From the NCBI GenBank assembly GCA_964016885.1, contig OZ024758.1:24490001-24554000 (forward strand): a stretch of DNA of 64,000 nt, read 5' to 3'. Position numbers and translations under genes: made by a program. Origin of the DNA: Eledone cirrhosa (lineage: Eukaryota). Positions 11,764-23,524 of the stretch are shown here, in pieces. Below the pieces are notes generated by a model, which ran no database searches, was not told the origin of the DNA, and saw only the letters and a program-made list of their open reading frames with translations. Positions within the stretch are counted from its first letter, which is position 1. Each line of letters begins with the position of its first letter.

Positions 11764-12619
11764 GTAAGTGAGATATAGATGTTGAAAATAACCTGTTTAG
11801 TGAGTCCTATAATTCCATTTGGTTGTTGTGCTATAATTGTTTAGAAAAGCAGAGACCACTTCAATAGCAATAGTATGTATATATGTATATATATGGTCCC
11901 GTAACTCCTGATAGAGTCGTAAGGGAGCTGTGTTAACATACAGTGTTTCTAGGGCATTTTAAACCTGGTAGAGCTCATCCCTCTCCAGGTCTGAATACAG
12001 CAGATTCCTTCCAGAGGAGGATAGAGAGTGATAAAATGGAAGTGAGAAAGAGATATAGAAGAAGAAGAATCAACCCCAGTACTAAACTGGTACATTTTTT
12101 ATTGACCTCAAATGGATGAAAGGCAAAGTTGACTTTGAAGGGATTTAAACACAGAGAACAGAGAGCTGGAATGAATACTACAAAGCATTCTATCCAATAT
12201 TCTAACAACTCTGCCAATTCACTGCCTACAGTAGCAATAGAAGAGGTACTTAATTGGCAGAGTCATTAGAGAATTGTATTAAATATTTCCTGCCATTTGT
12301 TTTGGTTCTCTGTGCTCTAAGCTAAACTCTCATCAAGATCAATTTTTTCTCTTTCATCTTTCCAAAAATCAATAAAGTACTAATGTGGGGATTGATAGTG
12401 AATTGTTGAAGTATTGGACGAGGTGGGACTGGACGAGGTGGGACAGGACAGGACGGGATGGGATGGGACGGGATGGGATGGGACAGGACAGGACGGGATG
12501 GGATGGGACGGGATGCATCGCCGCATCTGTTCTGTCTCTGTGTATCCTGAGTTCAAATTTTGCAATTTGTGACATACTTAAACTGGGACCTCTATTATAT
12601 TCTCCCCCCCCCCTCCCAT

Positions 12620-13058
12620 GGGCGGTGGATTGACAGTATCGGTAGAGGGTCGGACGCCATGCTTTGATGCATAGAGTTACGGCCCTTTCCATTCTGAGTT
12701 CAAATCCCGCCGAGGTTAACTTTGCCTTTCATCCTTACGGGGTCGATAAAATAAAGTACCAGTACTGGGTAATTGCTGGCCTTGTGCCAAAAAGTACTGG
12801 GTAATTGCTGGCCTTGTGCCAAAAGTAAAAACAATTATTAGATTGATGGATTGGCAGAATCGGTAACGCATCGGACCACATGCTTTACTGCATATAGTTA
12901 CGTCATTTACATTCTGAGTTCAAATCTTGCTGAGATTAGCTTTGCTTTTTATCCTTATGGGGTCAATAAAATAAAGTACCAGTGACTCACTGAGATGAAT
13001 TTGACTTTCCCCTCCCGGTAAAAATTGTTGACCTTGTGCGTAAATCAGAAACAATTAT
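12620..13058 (+). mobile_element. Two tandem SINE-A copies (tRNA head, gcctttcatccttacggggtcgataaaataaagtaccag centre)
   Basis: A box tggcagtatcgg-like, B box gagttcaaatcc. The central domain recalls Meta/MESC-type SINEs. Other copies lie at about 9190-9335, 18640-19945, 52458-52625 and 56148-56900. Confidence 0.8.
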
Positions 13059-14667
13059 CTGTTAATTTGCTCAAAATTCTTAGAGTAGGACAACTCTAAC
13101 ATCCCAAGGTACTTAATTAAGACTAAATCAACTGTCATTTAAAGTTAGCTGTCTTGATTAATGAAAGCAGTGCCAATGGTGTGATACAAACAGTTAGCCT
13201 TTTAACCCTTTAGCATTTATGTTACTCTATATTTACTATTATATTTTCACGGTAAAGTCTTTACCTCACATAATTATCTCACATGATATCGAATCTTTTG
13301 ATATTATTTATTTTGAGAACAATACCTTAGCATCAGTATGAGCAGCCAGTTACAGTCGGTTTGAATAGAAAGAGGTGAGAGAATTCTGGCCGGATATGGC
13401 CAGTTTAAATGTTAAAGGGTTAAACTTATAGTCCAACTTTCTTTTCACATAGCAAACTGTGGTTCTCAATTACAAATTTTGATTAAATTCTATTTCTCTC
13501 TCACACATTTCTTCTGCAATCTCAGTCCTTTTACTCTCTGTATCTCAAGAGCAGATGGACTCTGACCGAAGCCATACATTTATTGCTGGATAGATAGTTC
13601 AGAAAGATGACACCTTTCATTTACAGTGATGCCTTAATATCCAAGAAGCAGCGGGAGAGGTGACACCTTTCATTTACAGTGATTCCTTAATATCTAAGAA
13701 GCAGGGGGAGAGGTGAGGGTGTTGGTGGGGTCTGCTTTCATCCTACATTTGCTAACTGCCATCGTAACATAACTCCAAAGGTTTACCAGCAATATAGTGT
13801 AAATTCTCTAGTTGTTTTCTGAAGCTCTATCACATGCAAATAAATGCAAATATCAAATTTCTAACAATGTGTCAGTGATGATAAAAAGAATTTTAAGTTT
13901 TGTGTGTGTGTGTGTGTGTATGTGTAGGTGATTGTCTGTTTGTGTTTGTTTAGGTATATTTATATGTGTGATGGCTTGTGGCTTAACCCTTTCTAATGAA
14001 AGACACAGCTAATGATTTTCAGGTAGTTGTGAAAATAATCAAGAATTTAGAGGGGTTTAGTAACAGAATTAACTTTCTCATTATTTATCTGGTCTTTGGA
14101 ACATAACTTAACAAAGGTTCTTATAAAATTATGATGGAAGATGTTTAGATAAATATAAACACTTTAAAATAAAGTTTTGTATTGTAAAATCAGTGGCAGT
14201 TCCAAGCAGTTTGATAATGAAAGGGGTTAATGATTAAGGTATTTGCTCGTGATGGTTAAGAAAATGAGTTAAATTTGAAGGGTTTCAAGGGTGTGTTTGA
14301 ATTTACTTTATGGCTAATGCAGTGTGGTTTGGAGGAGGGGTAGGGTTTATTGTAGGTGCCACGATAAAAAGCACCCAGTCCTCACTACGAATGTGGTTGA
14401 CATTAGGAAGGGCATCTAGCCATAAAAACCAAGCCAAAAGCAGTTCTGTATGAGCAAGTCATAGTCATCTGATCTGACTTGTCTCACAACGGGACAACTC
14501 TCGTCTAACCCATGCTAGCATGGAAAACTGGAGATTATACGGTGATGATGACAATGATGATGATATAAATATATACACACGCACAAACCCATACACACAT
14601 ACACACACACAAACCTATACATCTATATCTTGTGTCAATGATCAATCTGTGTTCCGTCTAATATATA

Positions 14668-15148
14668 ATTGTTTCTACTTTTGGCACAAGGCCGGCAATT
14701 ATCCCAGTGCATTACTGGTACTTTATTTTATCGATCTTGTAAGGATGAAAGGCAAAGTTAACCTCGGCGGGATTTGAACTCAGAATGGCAAGGGCCGTAA
14801 CAAGCCATCACACATATAAATATACCTAAACAAACACAAACAGACAATCACCCACACATACACACACACACACAAAACTATCATAGTGATGATATAAGAA
14901 GCAATTAAATCATTAATTAATTGATAAATAGAACATTTATGATCATTAGTAAATTTCAACACCGGTAGATTATTTGGACTTAAAATTCTTTTTATCATCA
15001 CTGACACGTTGTTAGAAATTTGATATTTGCATTTATTTGCATGTGATAGAGCTTCAGAAAACAACTAGAGAATTTACACTATATTGCTGGTAAACCTTTG
15101 TGTCAAAGCATGGCGTCCGACCCTCTACCGATACTGCCAATCCACCGC
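14668..15148 (-). mobile_element. SINE-A with a 300-bp foreign insert and 16-bp TSD
   Basis: TSD ccgtctaatatataat at 14654-14669 and 15149-15164. The SINE body is split at 14800-15100. Confidence 0.85.
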
Positions 15149-15512
15149 CCGTCTAATATATAATGACCTCAAGCAGTTTATCTAGTTAAATCTTTCTTAT
15201 CTAATTAGTGCCTAATGTTGGTCAGACATTGAAATCAGATTAGTGTCTCAGATGAGAGATTATTTCCTTGTTAATAATGTTGACAATCAAATGAAGATCT
15301 CCTATGTTTAAAGTCAGAAAGTGTTGTGTCATGGTGTGTATTAAAGTTGAAACACTGAGTAAGTAGTCAAAGAGATCTTTTTTTATAGGTTAATGTCAAA
15401 ATTAATTAGTCCCACTTATAAGAAAAGAAGCTTAAACCAAAAATTATTTTCAGAAACTAATATTATATATATATATATATAGATAGATAAATTTCTTTAT
15501 AGATAGATAAAT

Positions 15513-15925
15513 ATCTTTATTTATTTTCCACAGGGGCATACAAAAATGGGACATTACAAGATGTGACGGCGGGGGGTTTACATAAGATCTTTAACAATGA
15601 TAAATAACAATAAACTATATAAAAATAAAACAATTGAAATCCCCATTAGGGTAACGCTACTGCGGGATTGTTTTACACCCCGTGGATAGAACAACCCTCA
15701 ATACCAGGAACACATTTTGTAGGTGTTACTGTCTTCCCTCTGTTTATCTTCCTCAACCTACAGGTTTATATACAGAGAAGGCTCATTTACCCGGGCCATT
15801 TTCGCCACATTCACCCACCTTTCAGTGAATTTACTGGGGTGTAGCACCTCTCTCTCCACTCTCACCTTCCTTCTGAAGTGGTGCTTAAAGAAGGGGATGA
15901 GTTGTTGTCCGGAGAGAAAGGTGCT
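15513..15925 (-). mobile_element. LINE (Tx1/L1-like) 3' end remnant
   Basis: FFKHHFRRKVRVEREVL..KFTERWVNVAKM, then a stop, a 3'UTR and AATAAA. A similar 3'UTR with a (TTA)n tail lies at about 19948-20190. Confidence 0.45.
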
Positions 15926-16560
15926 TGTATGTATATGTACATACATTACTCTATATATACTATTGCATTTTTGTGGTAAAGGCTTTACCTCACATAATTA
16001 TCTTTGATAATATAGAATCTATGAGATTTTGATCCTGCTGAGGTTAACTTTGCCTTTCATCCTTACGGAGTCGATAAAATAAAGTACCAGTCATGCACTG
16101 GGTAATTGCTGGCCTTGTGCCAAAAGTAGAACAATTATTATTTTGAGAACAATACCTTAACAAAAGTATGAGCAGTCAGTTACAGCCGGTTTGAACAGAA
16201 AGAGGTGAGAGAATTCTGGCCAGATACGGCCAGTTTAAATGCTAAAGGGTTAAAGTACCTTAATTGTTTCCCAGTGTATTAATAGTGGTAGATATGAACT
16301 ACCAAGCTTTCTTTTCACTAGTAACACAACAGTATTAACCCTTTTGATATCAAAACATCTGAAACTGCCCCTGGTTCTACAATACAAAACTGTTTATTTT
16401 AAGGTGTTTACATTTATCAGGATTTTATGTAAGTTTTGTGTAAGTTTTGTTCCGAACACCAGCTTATTAATGAGAAAGTTTGTTATATTACTAAAGTCCA
16501 CCATGTTTTTATCTGTCATCATAAATATGATGATGAAAGGGTTACTCTATCTGTGAACTT

Positions 16561-16748
16561 CAAGGGTCAGCTGAAAAGTTCATAGGCTGACCAAGATACT
16601 CTCATGGAATGACCAAATGAGGTTTATTTTTCAACATAGTCTCTGGAAAGAAACAATGCAGTTATTAATAAGAAGAGTTGAAATTAATGCATGCAAGATT
16701 TCACAACCTTAGCATCACTCTTTCATAATCAGCCTATAAACTGTTCAC
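16561..16748. mobile_element. Mariner-like MITE
   Basis: Imperfect TIRs ctgaaaagttcataggctga / tcagcctataaactgttca. One end is tandemly repeated at 10455-10710 and 28370-28820. Confidence 0.55.
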
Positions 16749-17358
16749 AAGTCCAAGCAAAGTGTGTTTGTGGAAGACCAGCTGTCGCCCATGCATGCCA
16801 GTCTCCCATCTCCACACCATCAAGAGGAAGTCAAAGGTCAATACAGCTTGGCACATGTCATGTATGTCACAACTCATTTCTACAGCTGAATGAACTGGAG
16901 CAACATGAAATAAAGTGTCTTGCTCAAAGACACAACACATCACCCGGTCCAGGAATTGAACTCACAACCTCATGATTGTGAATCCGATGCTCTAACCACT
17001 AAGACTGAAATAAGCACTGCTCTCAATATTATCAACTGAAAACACTTGAACTTGATGCTCCAGCATGGCCAGAGTTCAATGACTGAAACTGGTCATCAAA
17101 TAAAGTGAGATATACATAAATTATTCAAATGCCAAGAATTCTATAATAATCACCAAATATTATAAATTCTTGCATGCAACAATGTTGTTTAAATATAGAG
17201 ATTCGTTAAAGTTCCTCTGAGCTTTCAATTTTGCCATTTTTTCCCATATGGCTGGAGTGAAGTGTCAAGAGTTATTAATGATAAATCTTATAAGGTTAAA
17301 TAAAACAGAAGAAACAAGGAAGGACAAGATGTCATAAATCTCACATGTTGACACGTTA

Positions 17359-18030
17359 CAAAACAACCAGACACAGCACAGTCTACATAGAGTGTATAGA
17401 GTGTGTTTGACTTCCACTACACAACAACAATAGTACCAGGCACAGCACAGACTCTGTAGAGTGTGTTTGGCTTCCACTACAAAACAACAATAGTACCAGA
17501 CACAACACAGACTCTATAGTGAGTGTTTGACTTCCACTACAAAACAACAATAGTACCAGACACAACACAGACTCTATAGTGAGTGTTTGACTTCCACTAC
17601 AAAACAACAATAGTACCAGACACAACACAGACTCTATAGTGAGTGTTTGACTTCCACTACAAAACAACAATAGTACCAGACACAGCACAGACTCTATAGT
17701 GAGTGTTTGACTTCCACTACACAACAACAATAGTACCAGACACAACACAGACTCTATAGTGAGTGTTAGACTTCCACTACAAAACAACAATAGTACCAGA
17801 CACAACACAGACTCTATAGAGTGTGTTTGACTTCCACTACAAAACAACAATAGTACCAGGCACAGCACAGACTCTATAGAGTGTGTTTGGCTTCCACTAC
17901 AAAACAACAATAGTACCAGGCACAGCACAGACTCTATAGAGTGTGTTTGGCTTCCACTACAAAACAACAATAGTACCAGACACAACACAGACTCTATATA
18001 GAGTGTGTTGGACTTCCATTACAAAACAAT
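17359..18030. repeat. 60-bp minisatellite
   Basis: About 11 copies of gtgtttgacttccactacaaaacaacaatagtaccagacacaacacagactctatagWgW. Confidence 0.95.
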
Positions 18031-19948
18031 ATCATTACTTGACACAGCTCAGAATCTATACAGGGGCAGTGGAAGTATTTCTGAATGTGGGAGGGGGTCA
18101 CAAATTTGGTCAATTTAGTTGTAGTGATTAGTTTAGCTGTTATTATCAAATATCAACCAAGATATAAAAAACTTCAATATGTGATAAACATAACACAAAC
18201 TTATATTGTAGCATATAAACAAATATATGTGTGTTTTGGTAGCTTGGGGAGAAAAATATTATTATTCGGAAGGGGGAGGGGGGGGGGGACATGGCCCCGT
18301 TGTTCCACCTCCACTGCTACATAGAGTGTATATGTGTTGGACTTACTTTCACTACAAAACAATATCATTGCTAGACACAGGACAGATTCTGTAAATGTGG
18401 TTGGTGTTAGGAAGGGCATCCAGCCGTAGCAAACCTGCCAGAAACAGTTTTGTACAAGCGAGACACGGTCTCCCGACCAATCTTGCCTCAAGTGGGACAA
18501 ACCCGTCCAACCCATGCTAGCGTGGAAGATGGATGTCAAACGACGCTGATGAGTGTAAATGTGTTGGACTTCCACTACAATAAAGTACAGTACACAGTTT
18601 GTATCTATATACACTCTGTGCCTAATCATGGGAAAGAAAGGCCAATTAAATCAACCCCAGTGTCTTACTGGTACTTTATTTTATCAACCTCAGAAGGATG
18701 AAAGGCAAAGCTAACTTCGGTGGGATTGGATCTCAGAACATAAAGGGACGTAACTATATACCACAAAGCGTGTTGTCCGATGCTCTACCGATTACTGCCA
18801 ATCAACCAACTTAACAATTGTTTCTAATTGTGGCACAAGGCCAGCAATTACCCCAGTGTGTTACTGGTACTTTATTTTATCGACCCCGTAAAAGAAAAAA
18901 GGCAAAGCTAACCTCAGAAGGCCAGCTACTTTGGATACGGGGCAAAGTCAATTTAATCAACCCCAGAGCATTACTGGTACTTTATTTTATCGACCCCGTA
19001 AGGATGAAAGGCAAAGCTAACCTCAGAAGGCCAGCTATTTTGGATACGGGGCAAAGTCAATTTAATCAACCCCAGTGCATTACTGGTACTTTATTTTATT
19101 GACGCCGTAAAGGTGAAAACCAAAGCTAATCGCAGCAGTATCTGGACTTGGAACATAAAGGAATGGAACTACATGCTACAAAGCATGTTACCCAATGCTC
19201 TGCCATTACTGGCAATCCACCAACCTAAAAATGAAAGTTAAAACTCACAAACTTATCACACATTATAAGAGAAAGAAAGGACTTTTTGGAGGGTGAAACA
19301 AATTGATAAATTGATTCTACGATCATTATTAGGATAAAAATAACTGTTTCTACGTTAGGCACAAAGCCAGCAATTACCCAGTGCATTACTGGTACTTTAT
19401 TTTATCGACCCCGTAAGGATGAAAGGCAAAGTTAACCTCGGCGGAATTTGAACTCAGAATGGCAAGGGCCGTAACTCTATACGTCAAAGCATGGCGTCCG
19501 ACCCTCTCCCAATACTGCCAATCCACCGATAAAAATAACAGTAGCATTATGGCTATCACTACTAGCATATCTCTTGGTAGCCATATCTTTCTTTCAGAGC
19601 TGCTATCATTATCCCGCCGAGGTTGACTTTGCCTTTCATCCTTACGGGGTCGATAAAATAAAGTACCAGTAATGCACTGGATAATTGCTGGCCTTGTGCC
19701 TAAAGTAGAAACAATTATCATAATCCCAAGGGTGGAGAATTAGCTGAATAATTACAGCATTTCAAGAAATGTAATATGCTATATATTATGCTGCTTTACA
19801 TTCACAATTCAAATCTTTCCCAGGAACAATGTGGTATATTATAATTGTTTCTACTTTTGGCACAAGGCCAGCAATTATCCCAGTACATTACTGGTACTTT
19901 ATTTTATCGACCCCGTAAGGATGAAAGGCAAAGTAAACCTCGGTATAT

Positions 19949-19983
<35 letters not shown>

Positions 19984-20217
19984 TTTCTTTATTAACCACA
20001 AGGGTTTACATAAAGTAGACATTAAGGACAGTGCAGGACAATACAGGACGGTACAAATGGGCATTTCTGCGTGTAAAAAACAAAAACAGAGGATGTAACA
20101 AAAAAATAACAATGAAAAATTCCCCAATAGGGGGGGGGGGGGGGGAGACTTCGGAGGGACATTTGTGGAGAAAGCCCAGTAAAAGGCCACAATGACCCTG
20201 ACCAATAATAAGGATAA

Positions 20218-20839
20218 CCACCACCACCACTACCATTACAACCACCACCAACACCACCATCATTACCACTACCACCAACACCACCACCACTACCATTACA
20301 ACCACCACCAACACCACCACCATTACCACCACCCCTACCATTACAACCACCACCATCATTACCACTACCACCAACACCACCACCACTACCATTACAACCA
20401 CCACCAACACCACCACCATTACCACCACCATTACCACCACCCCTACCATTACAACCACCACCATCATTACCACTACCACCAACACCACCACCACTACCAT
20501 TACAACCACCACCAACACCACCATCATTACCACTACCACCAACACCACCACCACTACCATTACAACCACCACCAACACCACCATCATTACCACTACCACC
20601 AACACCACCACCACTACCATTACAACCACCACCATCATTACCACTACCACCAACACTACCATTACAACCACCACCAATACCACCACCATTACCACCACCA
20701 TTACCACCAACACCACACCACCACCCCTACCATTACAACCACCACCATCATTACCGCCGCCACCACCACCACCACCGCCACCACCACCACCACCACCACC
20801 ACCACCGCCGCCACCACCACCACCACCACCACCACCACC
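20218..20839. repeat. (ACC)n-derived compound trinucleotide repeat
   Basis: CAC/CAT/TAC/AAC patterned units. They explain the His- and Val-rich pseudo-ORFs. Confidence 0.95.
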
Positions 20840-21619
20840 AGAATCTTTACAATATCATTTTAAGCTGCTGCTATCATTTTAATATTATGTAACCATTATC
20901 ATCCTGAAAAGCAGTATTTACTTTAACATCACCTGTTTACATGCCATCACCAGTATCAATCGCAACACCTACACTTCCATTGCTACAAACATCATCATTA
21001 TTAACATTAGTATCCTTCTCATCATCATCATCATCATCATCATCATCTCCTCCTCGTCCTCGTCATCCTTCTCTTTTTTCCTATTATTTCCAATATCACT
21101 GTCATCGCCATGCCACTTTCATTATTTTCACTATCTTAACAATAATAATGATGGCCATTCTCACCATAACCATCATTGCTGTAATCATCATACCTATAGT
21201 TTATTGAAAGAATTCTCGATCTTCCCTTTATTTATTTTTCTTTATATCATTCACTTATGTGTTATGGAATGCCCGGAGCAGACAATATTGCCAGAGTGTT
21301 TGAGACACAGCTGGAATAAACAGTACAATACCGTAAAGAAGACAAAACCCAACCATCAATCATAGCGCTGAAGATTTCTTTAGCTTCGCCACTTCTTGCA
21401 TCTATTGTTGTTCAGTTCATATAAGTGATTTTTTTTCTATTGCCAGCTGAGGACAGGAGGGTTTTCAACTTAGCAACAATATCAGATATGTATAATGATT
21501 TCATTTGAATATTATGTTGGCCAGAGATGTGAGCAGAGTTTAATTGTTAAGGTATGAGATTAACAGAGAAGAAGATTTAGTTGAATTTTTGTAGCTGTTT
21601 ATTGTATAAAAGTGAAATG

Positions 21620-21792
21620 TACGGTATTTCCCAGCGCTGAAGACCCTTCGTCCTCAAGGACACACCCTAATTTTGACAAGCAAAAATTTGAAGAAAAAAA
21701 AAATAAACAATCTTCGGCCTTTAGGATGCATGATAGATTTTTTAGACTTATTTTAGGAAAAAAGTTGCGTCTTTGACACCAGGAAATACGGG
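21620..21792. mobile_element. Tc1/pogo-like MITE
   Basis: gtatttcc...ggaaatac termini. A second diverged copy lies at 4964-5130. Confidence 0.5.
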
Positions 21793-22016
21793 AGTCATTC
21801 TCTTCTTTCAATTCCTTTTAGTACCTTAACCCTTTAGCATTTAAACTGGCCATATCTGGCTAGAATTCTCTCACCTTTTTCTGTTCAAATCAGCTGCTCA
21901 TACTGATGTTAAGGTATTGTTCTCAAAATAAATAATATCAAAATCTCATAGATTCAATATTATGTGAGATAATTAGGTGAGGATGAAGAAAAGCTGTGCC
22001 ATCAGAGACTGGGGAC

Positions 22017-23509
22017 CAGTGGCGGATTTAACAGGTGGCGAAGGTGGCAAATGCCGACTGGGCCCCTGCCGACTGGGCCCCTGCCGACTGGGCCCCTGCT
22101 GACTGGGCCCCTGCCAACTGGGCCCCTGCCGACTGGGCCCCTGCCAACTGGGCCCCTGCCGTGTGGGCTCCTGCCAACTGGGCGCTTGCAAAAAAACAAA
22201 AAATGTAATTTGGGCGATATTCAAAAATACCTCCCCCATGCCTAGGGCTAAATAACTTCGCTGTTCACTGCTGATATGAGGCTAAATAACTTCGCTGCTG
22301 GCTGCTGAAATGAGGCTATTCCAACAAATTTACATTCCCTTTTTTTTAGCCGTTAAAAGAAATATAGATTTATTTATTTATTTGAAACGTTTTTGTTAGT
22401 TTCATTGTTTTGTTTTTTTGGCGATATTTTTGTTAGTTTCTTGTTTTTTTTTTTTAGTTTCTTTTTGATTTATTCCTTGTGACTGAGTGCTTTGAACGTT
22501 CAACAGATAAATTGGAAGAACTCAGATGCGATCACAAATTTGAACAATTTGTGGACCAGACAAAGAAAGCCTGGAATGACGTGGGATTTGATGCATCTGA
22601 AACTGATTTTAAAATAACGCGAGTAAGGAGAAGAAAGATTATGGATGGTGAAGTTTGTGGTGTTGAAAGACTAGCTACTGCTTCAGATAGATATCGCACT
22701 GCAATTTATTTTCAATCACTGGATAGTATGATTGGGGAGATGAGAGCCCAAACTGAAGGAATAAAAAAAATATCTTCAATCTTTGGATTTTTGAGTCCAA
22801 ATCGACTGGCTAAATGCTCAGATGATGAACTAAAAACACATGTAACAACATTGGTAGATAACTTTCCAAATGAATTCACACTGGAACTCAGAAATGAACT
22901 CTTTTCTTTCATTGGCCTCTACTTTTCACAGCCAAACACAGCTTTAAAACAAAGTGGGGTTATGCCATATCTGAAATTTTTACTGAACAATGACTTGTGT
23001 GATGTCTTTCCCGAGTTTGAAATTCTGGTAAGGCTATTTCTCACTTTACCAATTGGCATAGCAAGTGCGGAACGCTCTTTCAGTGTTCTACGAAGAATTA
23101 AAAATTATCTTCGTTCAACGATGGGCCAGGAGAGGCTATCCAGTTTTGCCCTGCTGGCAATTGAAAACAAAATTACTAAATCAGTAAACTTGGACCACGC
23201 TATAACTCATTTTTCAACTGTTAAAGCTCGCAGAATTCTGCGCATGTAAAAGCAATTTGTGTAAAAGACTAACATATATACAACTTTATTACTTTATTAT
23301 TTGTTTACAGTACAGCACATCTGTTTGTTTGTTTCAAATAAAGTGTACTTGTAATTTAATTGTCTTCTAAATGATTATTGGTAGCTAAATGGGAAATTAA
23401 AAAAAAAACTTTTTCAATACTCGCTCGAAAAGAAGGTACTTTAATTTTCACTCTGGGGCCTCCTTACTGACCAATGCCGACTGGGCCCTATTCCTTAAAT
23501 CCGCCACTG
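22017..23509 (+). mobile_element. hAT DNA transposon, internally deleted
   Basis: Perfect 15-bp TIRs CAGTGGCGGATTTAA and an 8-bp TSD CTGGGGAC (22009-22016, 23510-23517). Subterminal 15-bp repeats tgccgactgggcccc. Confidence 0.95.
22479..23249 (+). CDS. hAT transposase C-terminal fragment (dimerization domain, ZMYM1-like)
   Basis: FPEFEILVRLFLTLPIGIASAERSFSVLRRIKNYLRSTMGQERLS motif. The catalytic N-terminal part is absent. AATAAA at about 23337. Confidence 0.88.
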   Translation: MTECFERSTDKLEELRCDHKFEQFVDQTKKAWNDVGFDASETDFKITRVRRRKIMDGEVCGVERLATASDRYRTAIYFQSLDSMIGEMRAQTEGIKKISSIFGFLSPNRLAKCSDDELKTHVTTLVDNFPNEFTLELRNELFSFIGLYFSQPNTALKQSGVMPYLKFLLNNDLCDVFPEFEILVRLFLTLPIGIASAERSFSVLRRIKNYLRSTMGQERLSSFALLAIENKITKSVNLDHAITHFSTVKARRILRM

Positions 23510-23524
23510 CTGGGGACATGACAC

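Noticed and set aside
20006-20863. His-rich/Val-rich proteins
   Set aside because: They are translations of trinucleotide microsatellites with no splice support. The same applies to 58956-59507, 17383-17988 and 63256-63990.
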